Both the position numbers and the translations under genes were made by a program. Positions 15,057-19,091 of a stretch of 19,091 nucleotides of DNA are shown piece by piece (position 1 is the first letter of the stretch; the number at the start of each line of letters is the position of its first letter). The notes under the pieces were generated by a model. That model made no database searches and was not told the origin of the DNA. It was given only the letters and a program-made list of their open reading frames with translations. The stretch is from a virus (taxonomy: Duplodnaviria; Heunggongvirae; Uroviricota; Caudoviricetes), in the IMG/VR virus record IMGVR_UViG_3300033156_000141, positions 1 through 19,091 of that record; one strand, 5' to 3'.

Positions 15057-16316
15057 ATGGAATCAGTTGAGATATTAACATCAGCTTGGTGTCCTCTGAA
15101 CTGTCGTTACTGCTACATTCCAAAGACTCCATATATGAAAGAGATGCATGAGAATGTTAGAAAACAGATTAGAAATTATTTAGAAGAAGTCAAGTTACGA
15201 AAGGTCCCATATATCAGCTTCTGGGGTACAGAGCCACTGACAACTATTATGGATATTGATATTGACAGCTTCTACCATGATAAGCTACAAAGCGTCTCAT
15301 TCTCTACTTCACTACTGTATCATCCAGAACTGCTAGTCAAATGGATAGACAAAGTAAGACCACGTAACCTTGCTCTGAAAGTTCAAGTATCTTTAGATGG
15401 TCCTAGCTTCATCACTGACAGAAATAGGGCTAAAGGTGCATCATCCAAGATTCCTGAGAACTTAATGAATATTGTAAAAGACTTGAACAAAATAAATCTT
15501 GGACAGACAAGAGTCGAATTTACGTTTAAACCTACATTGACAATTGAGAATCTAGAAGGTTTAATAGAGAATCCAACTTTGATGGAGGAGTATGTCGGAT
15601 ATTTCAGGAGTATTGAGTGTGATTTCAAAAATACAAATAGGAATAAGAATGTAGCATTAAGGTATGGCAGCTACAGTCCTACAATGATGGTCCCTGGAAA
15701 GTACACTAGTACTGATGGTAAGATTTTTGCTAGATTTGTGAAGCTAAGTTATGAGAAGGGACTCAAGACATCATATCATTTCAGACTTAGAAGACTTTAT
15801 GATTTTGGATATGAACTTCATAAGAAACGAATGTTTACATGCTCAGGTGGTGACTCTAACTTTGGATATGACGGCAAGTGGCATATATGCCATAGAAGCT
15901 TCTATTTAGATAAGAAAAACTATGTTCAATCTGTTCTAGAAACTGATATTGAGAATTGGGATGTATCCTTGTTTGAGACTGGCAAAATAGATCTAGTAAG
16001 ACAGTATATTACTTCTGATGAAACTAGACTAAAATATGTATTACGTGGTCATCATGATTTCTGGAAGTTAGGAATCTCTTCTGTAATTGCTAGATTAAAA
16101 GAGCTTGCAGCTTGTAATCAAGTAAGTAGAATATATGAATCTGATGAGATAGCAACTAAGTTTGCTATTTTCTCTCAGAGCTGCATAGATTGCCCTATGG
16201 AAAACTTATTAAATACTGGTTCAATACATATAGTACCAGTATCTCTTATTAGACTATTCTGTAATGGAGCATTTGAAGAAATAGATAGGAGGGTAAGAAA
16301 TGAGCTATCAATCTGA
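15057..16316 (+). CDS. Radical SAM protein with a remodelled SPASM/twitch-like C-terminus
   Basis: CPLNCRYC (CxxxCxxC) at 15090-15113; WGTEP (GGEP-like); VSLDG; C-x10-G-x4-C at 15840-15890; late CIDC...C, but no CX2CX5CX3C. Confidence 0.9.
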   Translation: MESVEILTSAWCPLNCRYCYIPKTPYMKEMHENVRKQIRNYLEEVKLRKVPYISFWGTEPLTTIMDIDIDSFYHDKLQSVSFSTSLLYHPELLVKWIDKVRPRNLALKVQVSLDGPSFITDRNRAKGASSKIPENLMNIVKDLNKINLGQTRVEFTFKPTLTIENLEGLIENPTLMEEYVGYFRSIECDFKNTNRNKNVALRYGSYSPTMMVPGKYTSTDGKIFARFVKLSYEKGLKTSYHFRLRRLYDFGYELHKKRMFTCSGGDSNFGYDGKWHICHRSFYLDKKNYVQSVLETDIENWDVSLFETGKIDLVRQYITSDETRLKYVLRGHHDFWKLGISSVIARLKELAACNQVSRIYESDEIATKFAIFSQSCIDCPMENLLNTGSIHIVPVSLIRLFCNGAFEEIDRRVRNELSI

Positions 16317-17574
16317 GAATGATAAACTACTAAATTCATTTCTAGAAAGAACATTTTTTAAAGGATTTAAGTATCCAAGAGAATATCCAAACTGGTCAAG
16401 GTTAGAACTATATATGAATACAAGGTGTAATCAAAATTGTAAGTATTGTTACCTTGCACGTTATGGAGCTAAGCTCTATCCAGAATTTGATCAAGACAAG
16501 GTTATTAAAAATACCAGAAAGCTTCTTCATTGGTTGGATTATAATGACTTTCATCCTAACTTAGAACTATTCTCTGGTGAACCACTAGTACAATCTACTG
16601 GTTTTAAGGTTATAGACATGGTATTAGAACACAAGATTTCTTCACTAATAATACCAACTAATTTTAGCTTTATGCTGGATGATAAATTAGTTCATAAGGT
16701 CGAGGAACGTATTTTAGCTGCTAAAAACAGAGGGATTCGTCTATTTCTGAGTGCATCAATTGATGGTAAATATTGTGAAGAGAATAGACCACTTAAAGGA
16801 TATGAAATAGATCCACGTGATGACTCATTCTATGATAAAGTATTTGGATTTTGTAGCAAGTATAATTATGGATTTCATCCAATGGTATATTCAGAGCTTA
16901 TTGAGAACTGGTGTGATAACTTCTTATGGTTCCAAGATATGTTCAAGAAACACAAGATACCATGGTGGAATCTCTACCTACTAGAGGTACGAAATAAAGA
17001 GTGGACTAAAGAACAGATAGTGGAACTAGGTAACTTTATTAAGTTCCTAGTAAGATGGGTATATAACAAGACTGGTAAGGATGGATTTGTTAACTTTGTG
17101 TTTCGTGGTAAAGGATTTAATATTCTAAGTAATCCTCTTACAAGAGTTGGACGTGGTATAGGTTGTTCTATTCAATCAGTTATGTGTACTCGCCTACAAG
17201 ACCTAGCTATATTTCCATGTCATAGGACATCATATCCTCAGTTCAAAGTAGCTCAGTTTGATGAAAATATGAATATTAGGGCATACAATCCAGATCTTTG
17301 GATTACTATTTTGACTTTAGATGCTAATACCTTACCATATTGTGAGACTTGTCCAGTAAAGCATTTATGTGGTAAAGGATGTCTAGGTTCACAATATGAA
17401 GTCACAGGTGACTTATTTACACCTATTCCTACAGTATGTGAGATGGAACACTGGAAATTGTATAGTTATATTGAAGCTTTGAAAGAGATAGAAATGTTAG
17501 ATACTATCAAGAATACTGTCGAACTTAATAAAAGAAACTGTATTGAATTCTTGGAGGGTGAAATAAAGAAATGA
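16300..17574 (+). CDS. Radical SAM/SPASM domain peptide-maturase-like protein
   Basis: CNQNCKYC at 16426-16449; FSGEP; SASIDG; GCS...FPCH, then C-x2-C-x5-C-x3-C-x18-C (aa 348-380), the canonical SPASM spacing. Confidence 0.92.
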   Translation: MSYQSENDKLLNSFLERTFFKGFKYPREYPNWSRLELYMNTRCNQNCKYCYLARYGAKLYPEFDQDKVIKNTRKLLHWLDYNDFHPNLELFSGEPLVQSTGFKVIDMVLEHKISSLIIPTNFSFMLDDKLVHKVEERILAAKNRGIRLFLSASIDGKYCEENRPLKGYEIDPRDDSFYDKVFGFCSKYNYGFHPMVYSELIENWCDNFLWFQDMFKKHKIPWWNLYLLEVRNKEWTKEQIVELGNFIKFLVRWVYNKTGKDGFVNFVFRGKGFNILSNPLTRVGRGIGCSIQSVMCTRLQDLAIFPCHRTSYPQFKVAQFDENMNIRAYNPDLWITILTLDANTLPYCETCPVKHLCGKGCLGSQYEVTGDLFTPIPTVCEMEHWKLYSYIEALKEIEMLDTIKNTVELNKRNCIEFLEGEIKK

Positions 17575-18515
17575 TATTTTATTTTAATCTTAATGTAGGA
17601 GGAGGAATAGAGAGAACAGGACATGTAGTTGAAAGTATGCTATCAGATGCATATGTCTATCGTTTTCAGAATCCAGGATTTCTTATGTTTGAAGAACTTA
17701 TGAAAATTCAACCAAATGTAATTATAATGAATGAGCAGTTTCCACGTGTTATGGAAGCTGTGTATTATTATCAGCTAACAAGAAATTGTCGTATTATTCT
17801 TTTGAATCACTGTTATAGCAATTTAAATGGTAGAAACGAAAATGACCATGATAGACAACTTCTAGTTAAGAAGCTTTTACAAAGAACAGATGCTATTATA
17901 AACTTGAACTATGTACCAAGAAACTGTAGTTTATCCAGAAATGTAATAAGACTTTATCATCCTTGTAATCCAAAGTTTCGTCTTAAGATTCCATGGAACG
18001 ATAGACCAAGAAAATGTCTCTACTGGGGAAACTTATTACCTCATAAGTTTGATGTTAAACTCTTGGAAATGTATAGAGACATAGATATTTATGGAACTAT
18101 TCGCTATGATGGTGAATATAGAGATAAAATATTAGAAAGTGGATGTTACAAAGGTTATATTCCTGAAGATAAATTGGTTGATACTATTAATGAGTATAAA
18201 TATTTTGTAGTACCTCATAGCGGTTATGAACCATTTATGTTGACATTACAAGAAGCTATGCAGTGTGGTACTATACCTTTAGTAACTAACTCTAGAGATT
18301 ATCCAAAATCATACTGGATTGATTGGGCAAAGGGACTCTATTATGAGTTTGGATCATTAGATCTTCTTGTTAGATGGTTTAAGAGAGATCGTAATTTATC
18401 CGATTTCTCATTTTATATTTCAGATGAAATTCAAAAGAGACATAGTTATGAACGCTTTAAGATTATATTATGGTCATTAATTAGACAGAATCTGAAATGG
18501 GAGGTGGAGATATGA
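17571..18515 (+). CDS. Glycosyltransferase, GT-B fold, GT4-like
   Basis: N-terminal GGGIER; C-terminal YEPFMLTLQEAMQCGTIPLVTN carrying the E-x7-E motif (18228-18254); ATGA overlap with the rSAM/SPASM stop. Confidence 0.85.
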   Translation: MIFYFNLNVGGGIERTGHVVESMLSDAYVYRFQNPGFLMFEELMKIQPNVIIMNEQFPRVMEAVYYYQLTRNCRIILLNHCYSNLNGRNENDHDRQLLVKKLLQRTDAIINLNYVPRNCSLSRNVIRLYHPCNPKFRLKIPWNDRPRKCLYWGNLLPHKFDVKLLEMYRDIDIYGTIRYDGEYRDKILESGCYKGYIPEDKLVDTINEYKYFVVPHSGYEPFMLTLQEAMQCGTIPLVTNSRDYPKSYWIDWAKGLYYEFGSLDLLVRWFKRDRNLSDFSFYISDEIQKRHSYERFKIILWSLIRQNLKWEVEI

Positions 18516-19021
18516 GTGTGAATGACTTCTATAAGTGTTCAGAAGAGGTAAGACACTTACTGAAATTTAGAGACTTTGATAGGTTGTTTGGTAAGATGTC
18601 TTCAGAAGCTAGAGCTGTAATAAACACTTGTATTACTGATATGGAGAAGATAGCATCTGGGACCAAGATTATTGGTGATACCAATAGAGTACATAGAATG
18701 GTGGACATAGTTTTAGACAGAGTTACTAGAGAATATATTTCACCATATCTACATGATTTCTGTGAGAAATGTGGATTGCTTCTCTATAACTGGAATCAGT
18801 CCATTGAAAATCCATCAAAATCTTTAGCTACTAAGTTATGTGCAATTGATCGTCTAGTGAAATCACATTATACTATGTTAGATGCTATCAGAGTACTTAG
18901 GAACTTGACTAGGAGACCGTATACTCCAGCTGCATATGAATTAAGTAGACATTATTTACGAGCAATACATAATGAAAATAAAGAAATAAATACAAAAACT
19001 ATTAAAGATAAATCTCAGTAA
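18512..19021 (+). CDS. Hypothetical alpha-helical protein coupled to the glycosyltransferase
   Basis: GGAGGTG SD at 18500-18506 and ATGA overlap at 18512-18515 favour this start over 18497; no recognised motif. Confidence 0.7.
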   Translation: MSVNDFYKCSEEVRHLLKFRDFDRLFGKMSSEARAVINTCITDMEKIASGTKIIGDTNRVHRMVDIVLDRVTREYISPYLHDFCEKCGLLLYNWNQSIENPSKSLATKLCAIDRLVKSHYTMLDAIRVLRNLTRRPYTPAAYELSRHYLRAIHNENKEINTKTIKDKSQ

Positions 19022-19042
19022 TGTATATGGTGGTGTTTATGA

Positions 19043-19091
19043 ATGATTGAGAAAACTAAAGTAACTGAAGCTATTAGAATAGTTGTCAGAG
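19043..19091 (+). CDS. Start of a 3'-truncated ORF (MIEKTKVTEAIRIVVR...)
   Basis: ATG 19043 preceded by GGTGGTG (19029-19035); open to the window end; only 16 codons visible. Confidence 0.35.
   Translation, partial: MIEKTKVTEAIRIVVR

Larger units (their letters stand above)
1..19091 (+). mobile_element. Tailed dsDNA virus/provirus morphogenesis region (siphovirus-like, probable archaeal host); both ends lie outside the window
   Basis: Co-oriented, tightly packed genes (ATGA/TAATG overlaps) in the order protease-scaffold, capsid, tail tube, chaperone, tape measure, hub, fibres. GGAGGTGA/AGGTGA SD motifs at 5941-5947, 12048-12053, 12339-12346, 14459-14464 and 18500-18506. Confidence 0.92.

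Noticed and set aside
441-15628. Remaining minus-strand ORFs (441..734, 5629..5841, 6628..6861, 8954..9226, 9369..9560, 10516..10800, 11021..11209, 11160..11366, 12032..12367, 12993..13202, 13256..13456, 15383..15628)
   Set aside because: All overlap well-supported plus-strand genes, lack motifs and have antisense-typical composition.
15057-17574. rSAM pair as QueE-, MoaA-, NrdG- or PqqE-type metabolic or DNA-modification enzymes
   Set aside because: No CX14CX2C or queuosine-pathway neighbours (FolE/QueD/QueC/DpdA), no reductase or cofactor genes; SPASM-type tails and adjacent repeat proteins fit peptide maturases better. Not formally excluded without a search.
18512-19021. HExxH peptidase or RRE domain as the last cassette gene
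   Set aside because: No HExxH motif is present and no RRE-like strand/helix pattern is recognisable by eye.
1-19091. tRNA/rRNA genes, integrase, att sites, transposase, terminase or portal
   Set aside because: Coding density leaves no room for RNA genes, and none of these protein motifs is visible; whether the element is free or integrated cannot be told from this window.

Overview
A contiguous, all plus-strand virion morphogenesis region of a tailed dsDNA virus or provirus (Caudoviricetes, HK97-type head, non-contractile tail). The host is probably archaeal: GGAGGTGA/AGGTGA ribosome-binding sites, TATA-like boxes in the few intergenic gaps, a DUF2153-like gene and a C2H2 zinc finger. Gene order: 5'-truncated ORF, DUF2153-like gene, multi-domain prohead protease/scaffold (with a 74-aa Tyr/Pro tract), two paralogous coiled-coil proteins, major capsid protein, small beta protein, tail tube, tail assembly chaperone with a T TTT TTA -1 frameshift extension missing from the ORF track, tape measure, tail hub, a 16-aa-periodic fibre-like protein, small proteins, and a tail fibre with a compositionally foreign middle. 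Translationally coupled to the fibre gene is the most interesting element, a RiPP-like modification cassette. It has two paralogous proteins built from about 40 tandem His/Asp/Tyr-rich tetrapeptides behind a shared leader-like domain, two radical SAM enzymes (one full SPASM, one remodelled), a GT4-like glycosyltransferase and an unknown helical protein. All family assignments come from motif recognition by eye; no searches were run, and counts are by hand.
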